DNA of 64,000 bases, from assembly GCA_035402805.1 (NCBI GenBank), contig DAONDY010000002.1:149963-213962 (forward strand). The letters are read 5' to 3'. The position numbers and the translations under genes were made by a program. Below are positions 48,973 through 57,824 of this stretch, piece after piece. This DNA is from Candidatus Woesebacteria bacterium (GTDB lineage Bacteria; Patescibacteriota; Microgenomatia; UBA12405). The notes under the pieces were generated by a model, which saw only the letters and a list, made by a program, of their open reading frames with translations, ran no database searches and was not told the origin of the DNA. Within the stretch, counting starts at the first letter, position 1. The number at the start of each line of letters is the position of its first letter.

Positions 48973-49030
48973 AAAAGACTGCATAAAAATTGTGTATATT
49001 TTACACAGTAATTAGCAGTCTTTTTTATTT
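48973..49030. terminator. Bidirectional nested hairpin terminator (aagactgc…gcagtctt stem, inner tgtgta/tacaca hairpin, T-run) between repeat-protein gene and rplA
   Basis: Seen in sequence. Confidence 0.6.
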
Positions 49031-49034
49031 TTAT

Positions 49035-49787
49035 TTATAAGTTGACGATCTTTACTTTAACACAAGGGCCCATGGTGGCGCAGAGAGCCAATTTTCTGAT
49101 TTTATTAGCTTTGACAACTTTAATTAGTTCACTAATATTAGCAACAACTTCTTCGTCTTTTTGAGAAATTTTACCAACAACAACGTGAACAACAGGAGCT
49201 TTCTTTTCAGTTTTCAAAACAGTTTTTGCAGCTGAAAGTTTTTTAACTGAATCTTCTGGTTTGTCGGTTAAAGTACCATTCTTAGGATTTGGCATTAAAC
49301 CTTTTGGTCCTAAAATTTTAGCTAAAGGTAAAAGTTTGGGCATAGTAGCTGGAGTGGCAATCAAAATGTCAAAATTAATTTTGCCATCTTTAAGTTCAGC
49401 TAAGATAGTGTCATTTAAAATGACAACCTTTTTACTGGCAGTTTCTAAATGAGGGAAATTAATTTCACCAACATTACCGAGATCGAGAATAGTAACGTGA
49501 GCTTCAACTTTACCATCAAATTTAGATAAAGAAGTTTCTTTAACTAATTTAACAGCCTCATCGAGAGGGTAGTATTTATTAACATCGATTTTAGCTTTGG
49601 CAGCTAAATATTTTTTGGATCGCTTTTTAGCGACTTTAGTGGTGGCAGTAGTTTCTTCAACAGCAGTTTCTGCGGTTTCAGCAACAACTTCTTCGGCCTT
49701 TTGAGTATCGTCAGTTTTGACAATCTCTTCCACTTTGGTTTGTTCTTTGGCTTTTTTAGCCTTGTTTTCTTGAGTGGTTTTGCTCAT
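49035..49787 (-). CDS. rplA: 50S ribosomal protein L1
   Basis: L1 fold sequence (…GPKGLMPNPK…). Downstream of rplK. Confidence 0.9.
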   Translation of the reverse strand: MSKTTQENKAKKAKEQTKVEEIVKTDDTQKAEEVVAETAETAVEETTATTKVAKKRSKKYLAAKAKIDVNKYYPLDEAVKLVKETSLSKFDGKVEAHVTILDLGNVGEINFPHLETASKKVVILNDTILAELKDGKINFDILIATPATMPKLLPLAKILGPKGLMPNPKNGTLTDKPEDSVKKLSAAKTVLKTEKKAPVVHVVVGKISQKDEEVVANISELIKVVKANKIRKLALCATMGPCVKVKIVNL

Positions 49788-49854
49788 TTGTTTTTATTTA
49801 ATAAATAATTAAGGAATAAATCCCTCTAAATCTCCCTTTGACAAGGGAGACTTT
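49788..49854 (-). promoter_or_regulatory. rplK-rplA intergenic segment with hairpin tctccctttgacaagggaga (possible L1 autoregulatory mRNA site or a fragment of repeat family B)
   Basis: Hairpin seen in sequence. Close resemblance to family-B hairpin tctccctttgttaaggggaga. Confidence 0.3.
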
Positions 49855-50277
49855 TTAGATAATCTCAACACCCATAGATTTGGCAGTGCCCATGACTGAT
49901 CTTTTGGCTGCTTCTAAATCTTTAGTGTTTAAATCGACAATTTTAGCTTTTGCAATTTGCTCGACTTGAGCCATGGTTAACTTACCGACTTTTTCTTTGC
50001 CAGTAGTGCCAGCGCCTTTAGCGATGCCACTTATTTTTTTGATCATATCAGAAACTGGAGGCTGTTTTAAAATGAATTCGAAAGAACGATCTTCAAAAAT
50101 AGTGATAACTGCAGGGATAATGGATCCACGCATTTCTTTAGTTCGGTCATTAAATTCATTACAGAAATCCATGATCTTGATACCTTGAGGACCAAGAGCA
50201 GTACCGACTGGAGGAGCTGGATTAGCGCTACCTGCCGGAATAGTTAATTTAACAATTGTTTTTATTTTTTTAGCCAT
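49855..50277 (-). CDS. rplK: 50S ribosomal protein L11
   Basis: N-terminal PAGSANPAPPVGTALGPQGI motif, typical L11. Confidence 0.92.
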   Translation of the reverse strand: MAKKIKTIVKLTIPAGSANPAPPVGTALGPQGIKIMDFCNEFNDRTKEMRGSIIPAVITIFEDRSFEFILKQPPVSDMIKKISGIAKGAGTTGKEKVGKLTMAQVEQIAKAKIVDLNTKDLEAAKRSVMGTAKSMGVEII

Positions 50278-50318
50278 TTTTTTAGTTTTAAAGTTATAAA
50301 GTTTATCAAGTTATAAAG

Positions 50319-50915
50319 TTAGAGTTCTTTAGAAACCTGTAAGAAGTCGAGTTCGACTGGAGTTTCTCGTTCGAAAATGGAAATCAAAACTCTAATTTTA
50401 CCTTTTTCTTGGTCAATAGATTCGATAGTACCAATAAAATCGGCAAATGGACCGTTGATAATTTTAACGACATCACCAATAGCAAAAGGAGTTTGAAATT
50501 TTGGTTTGTCTTCTTCTGTAGTTTGAAGAATTTGATCAACTTCCTTTTGGGAAATAGGGGATGGAGTGTTTTCAATACCAATGAAACCAGTGACTCCTTG
50601 AGTGGTACGAACAGTAACCCAAGCATCATCATCCATAACCATTTGAACTAAGACATAACCTGGAAAGGTTTTTTCTTGAGATTTAACTTTTTGACCACGA
50701 CGAATGATCATTTTACTTTGAATAGGAACGATGGCTTGGAAGATTTTATCTTCAATTCCCATAGTTTTGATTCTGGTTTTTAAAGCCTCAATAGCTTTGT
50801 ATTCATGACCGGAATAGGTATTAATGACATACCAAGCGGCATCGATACTAGGTTCAAAAGGAGAGAGTTTAAATAAAAACTCTTTTTTGTTAGTTTTTGT
50901 AGATGTTTTTGGCAT
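50319..50915 (-). CDS. nusG: Transcription antitermination factor NusG
   Basis: NGN domain (WYVINTYSGHE) and C-terminal KOW (FAIGDVVKIINGPFADFIGTI). Confidence 0.88.
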   Translation of the reverse strand: MPKTSTKTNKKEFLFKLSPFEPSIDAAWYVINTYSGHEYKAIEALKTRIKTMGIEDKIFQAIVPIQSKMIIRRGQKVKSQEKTFPGYVLVQMVMDDDAWVTVRTTQGVTGFIGIENTPSPISQKEVDQILQTTEEDKPKFQTPFAIGDVVKIINGPFADFIGTIESIDQEKGKIRVLISIFERETPVELDFLQVSKEL

Positions 50916-50917
50916 AA

Positions 50918-51196
50918 TTATTTTTTAATTGTTCCAGTGGTAGAAGCGACCGTTGGAAGAGGAATAATTGAAGGTTCGGCGGCTTGTTCAACAGTGGCCG
51001 GAGTCTGATTTTTAAAGTTACCAATTAGGGCGAAAGACTTGGTAAACAGATAATCAAAACCTCCCAAAATTAGGGAGATTACAATCGAGATTGATATTAC
51101 CACAATTGTAAGCTGAATTAAAGTATCTTTTTTAGGCCATGAGATGCTTTGAAAAACTTCTCGCACTTCTTTAAAGAATTTAATGATTTTTTGCAT
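50918..51196 (-). CDS. secE: Preprotein translocase subunit SecE
   Basis: 92 aa, single TM (IVVISISIVISLILGGFDYLF). Position upstream of nusG. Confidence 0.75.
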   Translation of the reverse strand: MQKIIKFFKEVREVFQSISWPKKDTLIQLTIVVISISIVISLILGGFDYLFTKSFALIGNFKNQTPATVEQAAEPSIIPLPTVASTTGTIKK

Positions 51197-51210
51197 GAAA
51201 GTATTATAAC

Positions 51211-51704
51211 AAAACCCCTTTGTTTCGCTTCGCTCAACATCTCCCCTTGATAAAGGGGAGAAACATAATAAGATTAAAATGTGAAATATATTACTGATAT
51301 TAAAGCTAAAACTAATAAATTAAACATAAGATATTTAGAATCTTTAAAAAAGGTGGCAAGGAATAATAGAAGTAAGCCAACTCAAGCAGAATTTATAATG
51401 TGGCAACATTTAAGAAAAAATAAATTTGGTTGTAAATTTACGAGACAAAAACCGATTAATAGATTTGTTTTGGATTTTTATTGTTCTAAATTATTGTTAT
51501 GTATAGAAATAGATGGAGAATCTCATTTAAATAGACAAAATTATGATCTAGAAAGAGATAAATTCTTAGAAAATTGTTTAGGTATTAAAACAATTAGATT
51601 TAGTAATGATGAGGTTTTGAATGATTTTTTGAAAGTAAAAGAAAAACTTCTCCCCTTTATCAAGGGGAGATGTCACAAAATGAAATGAGTGACAGAAGGG
51701 TTTT
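51211..51704 (+). mobile_element. Putative compact mobile element: DUF559 endonuclease ORF bounded by ~55-bp imperfect terminal inverted repeats (left aaaacccctttgtttcgcttcgctcaacatctccccttgataaaggggag; right ctcccctttatcaaggggagatgtcac…gtgacagaagggtttt), each containing palindromic hairpins
   Basis: Reverse-complement comparison of both ends: identical 24-nt inner block, matching aaaaccc/gggtttt tips. Right repeat supplies the last 13 codons of the ORF. Confidence 0.6.
51281..51688 (+). CDS. DUF559 (Vsr/MutH-like restriction endonuclease fold) protein, 135 aa
   Basis: …EFIMWQHLRKNKFGCKFTRQKPINRFVLDFYCSKLLLCIEIDGESH… matches DUF559 core (D…E.DG..H). GTG start. Confidence 0.65.
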   Translation: MKYITDIKAKTNKLNIRYLESLKKVARNNRSKPTQAEFIMWQHLRKNKFGCKFTRQKPINRFVLDFYCSKLLLCIEIDGESHLNRQNYDLERDKFLENCLGIKTIRFSNDEVLNDFLKVKEKLLPFIKGRCHKMK

Positions 51705-51835
51705 AAACACCGCGGAATTGTTGCAAAATTCAATTTTGATACATTTTAGTCTATTGACTCGTACTAGTGGTGGTGGATATGATGATTAACATACACTATA
51801 AATAGTGTTTTATTAATTATAATAAAAATTACAAA

Positions 51836-52336
51836 ATGCTGTGTCCATATTGTGGTTTTGATGAATCAAATGTTTTGGAAAGTCGTGAGGCAGAAGATGG
51901 AAAAGTGACGAGAAGACGAAGGGAATGTTTAAAGTGCAAAAAGAGATTTACAACTTATGAAAGAATCGGGAGCGTGGAGCTAAAAGTTATTAAAAAATCA
52001 GGGAGAGTTGAAGATTATTCTCGAGAAAAATTAGAAAAATGTATAGATAAGGCTTGTTGGAAACTGACGGATGAGGAAAAAAATAAATTAATTGATGAAA
52101 TTGAAATGAAACTTTTAAACTGGCCAAGTGTGGAAATTCCCTCGAAAGAAATTGGAATGATGGTGTTAGAAAAATTAAAAAATATTGATCCTATGGCATA
52201 TATTAGGTTTGCTACTGTTTATTTGGATATAAATGAAATAAATGACTTTAAGGATTTATTAGTTAGTTTTGAAAAATTTCGGCCAAAGGCCGATCAGCCT
52301 ATGGCTGAAATTAGCAGTTTTAAAAATAAAAAATGA
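51836..52336 (+). CDS. nrdR: Transcriptional repressor NrdR (Zn-ribbon + ATP-cone)
   Basis: MLCPYCGFDESNVLESRE…RRRRECLKCKKRFTTYERI signature. Confidence 0.9.
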   Translation: MLCPYCGFDESNVLESREAEDGKVTRRRRECLKCKKRFTTYERIGSVELKVIKKSGRVEDYSREKLEKCIDKACWKLTDEEKNKLIDEIEMKLLNWPSVEIPSKEIGMMVLEKLKNIDPMAYIRFATVYLDINEINDFKDLLVSFEKFRPKADQPMAEISSFKNKK

Positions 52337-54801
52337 CAGATATAAGCAGGCAAAACATAAATGAAAATGAATTATTAGAACCAAGTCTTTCACTTAATGC
52401 TAAATATATTGCCGAAACTAGGTATTCTAGAAAAGATGAAGATGGAAAATCTATAGAAACAGTTAAAGATATTTTTTGGCGTGTAGCAAGTAATGTGGCC
52501 AAAGGAGATGCAGTTTTTGGAGCTAATGAAGAACAGATTGATAGACAGGCCAAGTCTTTTTACCAATTAATGGCAGAACAAAAATTTCTACCAAATACTC
52601 CGTGTTTGGTTAATGCAGGAAAGACCCATCAGCAATTATCGGCTTGTTTTGTACTGCCAATAGATGATTCGATGGAATCAATTTTGGAAACCATGTCAAA
52701 TATGGCTTTGATTCATAAAAGTGGCGGTGGAACTGGTTTTTCATTTTCAAGACTTAGACCAAGCGGGGATTATATTAAAAGTAGCGGTGGAACAACTGTT
52801 GGCCCGGTAAGTTTTATGCAGGCCTACAACGATGTAACGGCTCAAATTAAACAAGGTGGAGTACGACGGGGAGCTAATATGGGAATGTTGTCAATTGATC
52901 ATCCAGATGTACTTCGATTTGCAGTGGCAAAGCTTGATGAATGGAGTTTGACTAACTTTAATATATCGTTGGCAGTGACTAATTCTTTTATGGAAAGAAT
53001 TGAAATCGATAAAAAATTTGCAGATGACGATTCTATTCCTGAAGAAGCGGTTGAAGAAATTAGAATTGCCGAGCAAAACAGAAGTGCCGACGAAAGATTA
53101 AGAGAGGTAGAGGCTGGAATTAAAAAAGTCTATGATTGGGCTAAAGCCACTAAAGAAGGTGAGGGTTATGATCTAATTAACCCAAGGACAGGTCAGTCGA
53201 CAATGAAATTAAATGCTTATAAAGTATTTAATTTGATTACCAGATTAGCTTGGCAATTTGGTGATCCGGGATTGGTTTTTATTGACAGAATGAATGAATC
53301 TAGTTCAAATCCAATACCGAGCGTAGGAAAAATTGAAGCAACTAATCCTTGTGGAGAACAGCCGCTTTTGCCTTACGATGCTTGTAATTTAGGAAGTGTT
53401 AATTTAAGTAAATTTGTCGAAGGATCGGACATAAATTGGAATGGATTGAAGGAAACAATTAAAATAGGGGTTCACTTTTTGGATAATGTGGTAGAAATTA
53501 ATGATTTTCCGGTTCAAAAAATTAAAGAAATGGTAAATAGCACTCGAAGAATTGGAGTGGGAGTGATGGGTTTTGCTGATGCTCTTTTTAAATTGGGAAT
53601 TAAATATGATTCAGAAGAAGGAATTGCTTGGGCTGAGAAAATAATGAAATTTGTAACCGAATCAGCTAAAGAGGCAACCCAAGAATTAGGAGTAACCCGA
53701 GGAGCTTTCCCATTATGGGAAAAGAGTGTTTATTTCAACACTGGTTATAGACCAAGGAATATGGCTTTAACTACCATTGCTCCAACTGGAACCATCAGCA
53801 TGTTGGCTGATACTAGTTCAGGAATCGAGCCAGTGTTTTCTTTGGGTTATCAAAAAAATACGGTTGAAGGTAAAACATTGTATATAGTCAGTCCAATTTT
53901 GGTTGAAGAGCTTAAAAAGAGAAATATTTACAGTGAAGAATTAATTGAAAAGATTGTTAAAAATGGGGGAATTTTGAAAGGAATAGAGGAAATACCAGAA
54001 GACTTAAAATCATTATTTATCACCGCTTTGGAAATTGATCCGGAATGGCATATTAGGGTTCAAGCAGCTTTCCAAAAATATACCGACAATGCGGTGTCTA
54101 AAACAATTAATTTACCAGAAGAAGCCACAGTTGATGATGTACGAAAAGCTTATTTAAAATCTTATTCATTAGGAACAAAAGGAATTACTATTTACAGGAG
54201 CGGTTCAAGATCTTTTGAGCCAATGCAAAAAGTTAAAGCTAAAGAAGGAAAAGTTGAAGAAAAAATAATTAATGTTCAACCCAAGAAAAAAGCCACTCCA
54301 ATAATGGCCAGAGGGGTTAGATTAAAGAAAAAATGTGATTTGGGAAGTGTTTATACTTCTATTTTTTATGAAGCCGGTGATGGTCCAGTGGAAGTCTTTG
54401 TTAATTTAGGTAAAAGTGGTGGTTTTATGTCAGGAGCGGCTGAAGCGACCGGTAGACTAGCCTCTTTAGCCTTAAAATATGGGGCTAGTTTAGATGAAAT
54501 TGCAGATGAAATGGTGGGAATAGCCTGCGGCCAAAAAGTGGGTTTAGGATCGGGGACAGTTCTAAGTATGTTTGACGCAGTTGGTAAATCACTTTTAGAA
54601 GTATCAAGAGGTGAACAATTAGATATTTTTGCTTGCGAAAAAGGTTCTATTGATACGAAAGCAATTGAAAGTATTAGAGTCAAACAAGCCGATTTGGAAA
54701 GCAAGGCTATTTCTTGTCCAGATTGCGGTAGTCCTTTAAGAGCTGAAGAAGGATGTTTTAAATGTACTAATGAATTTTGTGGTTATAGTAAATGTTCATA
54801 A
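52333..54801 (+). CDS. nrdJ: Class II (adenosylcobalamin-dependent) ribonucleotide reductase, monomeric NrdJ type with C-terminal Cys-rich tail
   Basis: RNR barrel motifs (NPCGEQPL, catalytic Cys/Asn/Glu context), B12-type length and C-terminal CPDCG…CFKC. Confidence 0.85.
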   Translation: MTDISRQNINENELLEPSLSLNAKYIAETRYSRKDEDGKSIETVKDIFWRVASNVAKGDAVFGANEEQIDRQAKSFYQLMAEQKFLPNTPCLVNAGKTHQQLSACFVLPIDDSMESILETMSNMALIHKSGGGTGFSFSRLRPSGDYIKSSGGTTVGPVSFMQAYNDVTAQIKQGGVRRGANMGMLSIDHPDVLRFAVAKLDEWSLTNFNISLAVTNSFMERIEIDKKFADDDSIPEEAVEEIRIAEQNRSADERLREVEAGIKKVYDWAKATKEGEGYDLINPRTGQSTMKLNAYKVFNLITRLAWQFGDPGLVFIDRMNESSSNPIPSVGKIEATNPCGEQPLLPYDACNLGSVNLSKFVEGSDINWNGLKETIKIGVHFLDNVVEINDFPVQKIKEMVNSTRRIGVGVMGFADALFKLGIKYDSEEGIAWAEKIMKFVTESAKEATQELGVTRGAFPLWEKSVYFNTGYRPRNMALTTIAPTGTISMLADTSSGIEPVFSLGYQKNTVEGKTLYIVSPILVEELKKRNIYSEELIEKIVKNGGILKGIEEIPEDLKSLFITALEIDPEWHIRVQAAFQKYTDNAVSKTINLPEEATVDDVRKAYLKSYSLGTKGITIYRSGSRSFEPMQKVKAKEGKVEEKIINVQPKKKATPIMARGVRLKKKCDLGSVYTSIFYEAGDGPVEVFVNLGKSGGFMSGAAEATGRLASLALKYGASLDEIADEMVGIACGQKVGLGSGTVLSMFDAVGKSLLEVSRGEQLDIFACEKGSIDTKAIESIRVKQADLESKAISCPDCGSPLRAEEGCFKCTNEFCGYSKCS

Positions 54802-54807
54802 ATAAAT

Positions 54808-55305
54808 ATGAGTGAAGAAAGTGACAGAGGAAGAACACAAGGAGAATGTCTTCTTGATGTTAGTAAAAATTCGCCTTTTGTTGAGGCAGTTGGTTCGATT
54901 GATAGATTTCAAGCCAGTCTAGGATTAGCTAAGGTAAAAATGACAAACACTGACGAAAAAAAGAGATTTTCTCAAATGGAGAAAGATTTATATGAAATTA
55001 TGGGTAGTCTATACATGGGTCAAAGTTGGGCTAATGGGGATAAAAAAATAGAGCAAATAGACAAAGAGATTGAATCGACAAAAAAAAGGATTAGTAACCT
55101 TGAGGGATTTTTGATTCCAGGCGAAAATGAAATTGAAGCTAGAATAAATTTATGTAGAACGGATTGCCGAGAAGCAGAAAGACGATTAGTTAGTTTAAAA
55201 ATTGATAGGGAAGAAAAAGAAAACCTGAAATTTGATCTAAATGTACTTAAATATTTTAACCGATTATCATCCTTATTAAATTTAATGTGGAGGTCGAAAT
55301 TTTAG
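54808..55305 (+). CDS. PduO-type ATP:cob(I)alamin adenosyltransferase
   Basis: DRGRTQGECLLDVSKNSPFVEAVGSIDRFQASLGLAKV and FLIPGENEIEARINLCRTDCREAERRLV match PduO-type ATR motifs. Context next to B12-dependent RNR. Confidence 0.7.
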   Translation: MSEESDRGRTQGECLLDVSKNSPFVEAVGSIDRFQASLGLAKVKMTNTDEKKRFSQMEKDLYEIMGSLYMGQSWANGDKKIEQIDKEIESTKKRISNLEGFLIPGENEIEARINLCRTDCREAERRLVSLKIDREEKENLKFDLNVLKYFNRLSSLLNLMWRSKF

Positions 55306-55401
55306 TGATAGAATAGATTTATCAAGAGGGAATCAGGTTAAAATCCTGAGCTGTGCCGCAACCGTATAGCCGGATAACTAAAACTTTCGAGCAAGAGTAA
55401 T

Positions 55402-56247
55402 ATGAATAATTTAGAAAATAAAAAGTTTTACGACATAAATAAAAATGATTTAAGTGAAGTGGCGGGGGCTTTTTTAGAAGAGGGAACAAGTGATGATTTA
55501 AGAAAAAGAATAAATATTTCTGATCTTTATCCAGAAAGTAAAATTGAAAAGGATAATTGGGAATATAACGAACACTCTGAAGAAGAAAGAGAGGCGACAA
55601 TTAATATTTTTGAACTAGGGAAAAAGGGTTATAATTTGGTTATTTGGATAAGTCCTGATGATGGGGGAAAAGTTTATAAAGAGGGAAGATTGAATATGGA
55701 ATTTCCTATTTTTGGGGAAAGAGAATGGGCAATTTATGGAAGACATATGCCATTACTTTGTGATGAAAAGGAGTCTTTTGAATTGGCAAAAAGATTATTA
55801 GACAACAATGGTTTTTCACTTAGAGAAATTAACTGCAAAGAAGATGTTAGAACTCAACCAATAGCTTTTAAAATAGAGGAAGTTGATGATTGGATAAAAA
55901 AATGCAGGGAATTAATGCCGGAGTTTTCAGAAATTTGGGATTTTGTTGAACAGGGGAAAGATGTAGAAAATAAAATAAAAATGGAAAAAGATGTGAGAAT
56001 GGCAATGAAAATGGCAGAAGGTGATAACTATTTATTTGAAAGTATTATGGCTAGAATGGGAAATGAAATTAATGCTGAGGGTGGCCATGGTAGTTCTTGG
56101 GGTGGAGTAGATAGTGATAGGGGTATGATTATTTCGGTTAATTCTAGTGGAGAAATCTCTTATCAAATGGGAAGCACAGAAGGATTAACTTTTTGTAAAA
56201 AATGTGGTTGCTGGTATTCTGGTGACAAATGTCCATTGTGTGGTTGA
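55402..56247 (+). CDS. Hypothetical 281-aa protein ending in a CxxC…CxxC zinc ribbon, embedded in the dNTP-synthesis gene block
   Basis: ORF track. C-terminal CKKCGCWYSGDKCPLCG. No recognisable enzymatic motif. Confidence 0.45.
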   Translation: MNNLENKKFYDINKNDLSEVAGAFLEEGTSDDLRKRINISDLYPESKIEKDNWEYNEHSEEEREATINIFELGKKGYNLVIWISPDDGGKVYKEGRLNMEFPIFGEREWAIYGRHMPLLCDEKESFELAKRLLDNNGFSLREINCKEDVRTQPIAFKIEEVDDWIKKCRELMPEFSEIWDFVEQGKDVENKIKMEKDVRMAMKMAEGDNYLFESIMARMGNEINAEGGHGSSWGGVDSDRGMIISVNSSGEISYQMGSTEGLTFCKKCGCWYSGDKCPLCG

Positions 56248-56361
56248 TATATTTTGATATACAAAAAGATGTCTTTTGATCTATTTATTTGACCCAGTTT
56301 GTTTAATTGATTAAAAGTTAGGAGTAGTTTAACCTGTCTTAGATTATAAATTCTATGCAAA

Positions 56362-57093
56362 ATGGCAAAGCAGGAAAAATTAAAAGTTAAATTATTGAGT
56401 TATACGGTAAATCCAGAGCAAAATATTGTGGCGGCTATTAGACAATGTTATGCGGCAATAGGAGCAAAAGAATTAAAAGAAAAAACAAATAAAGAAACGA
56501 GAGAAAGATTAATAAAACAAGTGATAGCATCTGGTCACACATCTACTTTGGAGCATGCCAGTTTTACTTTTGCTGTTGAAGGAATTAGTAGAGTGACGGA
56601 AATTCAATTAATTAGACATAGAATTGGTTGTTCTTATTCGATTCAGTCAGGTAGATATGTTAAAAGAAATGAAGCTTCTTATGTGATTCCACCGGCAATA
56701 TTAAATAGTGATAAGAATGTTTTGAAAAAAGTAAAAAAACATTTTGAAAATGCTCAAAAACTTTACAGTGAATTAATTGATTTAGGAATTAAGGCGGAAG
56801 ATGCTAGATATTGTCAACCGCAGGCATTAAAAACTAAGATGGTGGTGACAATGGATGCCAGAGCTTTACTTCATTTTCTTACTTTAAGATGTTGTCGAAG
56901 AGCTCAATGGGAAATTCAGTTATTGGCTAACGAAATGTTGAAATTGGTAAAGAAAAAGGCACCAATTTTATTTGAAAATACAGGTCCGAGCTGTGTGTCA
57001 CAAGGAATATGTTTTGAAGGAGATATGAGCTGCGGACTTTGGAAAACGATTAAAGGAGCAGAATTAAAAAAGAGGATAAAAGAAAATGAATAA
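56362..57093 (+). CDS. thyX: Flavin-dependent thymidylate synthase ThyX
   Basis: ThyX motif RHRIGCSYSIQSGRY (RHRxxxxxxS). Confidence 0.88.
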   Translation: MAKQEKLKVKLLSYTVNPEQNIVAAIRQCYAAIGAKELKEKTNKETRERLIKQVIASGHTSTLEHASFTFAVEGISRVTEIQLIRHRIGCSYSIQSGRYVKRNEASYVIPPAILNSDKNVLKKVKKHFENAQKLYSELIDLGIKAEDARYCQPQALKTKMVVTMDARALLHFLTLRCCRRAQWEIQLLANEMLKLVKKKAPILFENTGPSCVSQGICFEGDMSCGLWKTIKGAELKKRIKENE

Positions 57094-57787
57094 TAAAGGT
57101 AAATTTATTGTAATTGATGGAATTGATGGAGCTGGAAAAGGAACGCAGACAGAATTGTTAGTTGAAAGACTCAAAAAAGAAAATAGGGAAGTGGTAGTGG
57201 ATGATTATCCCCATTATGAAACTAGCTTTTGGGGAAAACATGTCGGTAGGATGTTAACTGGGGAGTTTGGAGAGCTTTTTAGTATTAATCCATATTTAGC
57301 CGTATTACCTTATATGTTAGACGAGGAAGATGGAAGTCGAAAAATAATTAGGCCGGCTTTAGAAAGTGGAAAAATAGTAATATCAAATCGATATTTTACT
57401 TCTAATGTTCATCAAATTGCTAAAAGGCCGGAGGGTGAAAGAGAAATTTATGCTAATTGGTTGTGGGAGGCTGGATATAACCAAATGGGAATTATAAAAC
57501 CAGATTTAATTATAGTTTTATTAGTGGATCCTTTGATTTGTAAAGAAAATATTTTAAAAAAGGCAGAAAGAAATTATACAAAAGGAAAGGGAATGGACCA
57601 GGCGGAAGAAAATTTTAATCACCAAATGGAATCAGCAAAAGAGTATCAAAAAATGGCAGAAAAAGAGCCAGAAAGATGGGTATTAATAGACTGTTGTAGA
57701 GATGGTAAATTATTATCAAGGGAAGAAATAAATAATATTCTTTTTGAAGAAATTAAAAAAAGGAATTTATTAGGAGAAGATCTTTAA
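57086..57787 (+). CDS. tmk: Thymidylate kinase
   Basis: P-loop FIVIDGIDGAGKGTQ, DRY-like motif. 8-nt overlap with thyX. Confidence 0.85.
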   Translation: MNNKGKFIVIDGIDGAGKGTQTELLVERLKKENREVVVDDYPHYETSFWGKHVGRMLTGEFGELFSINPYLAVLPYMLDEEDGSRKIIRPALESGKIVISNRYFTSNVHQIAKRPEGEREIYANWLWEAGYNQMGIIKPDLIIVLLVDPLICKENILKKAERNYTKGKGMDQAEENFNHQMESAKEYQKMAEKEPERWVLIDCCRDGKLLSREEINNILFEEIKKRNLLGEDL

Positions 57788-57824
57788 ATGAGAGGAACAA
57801 GGTAATTTGTTGTAAAATCACTTT

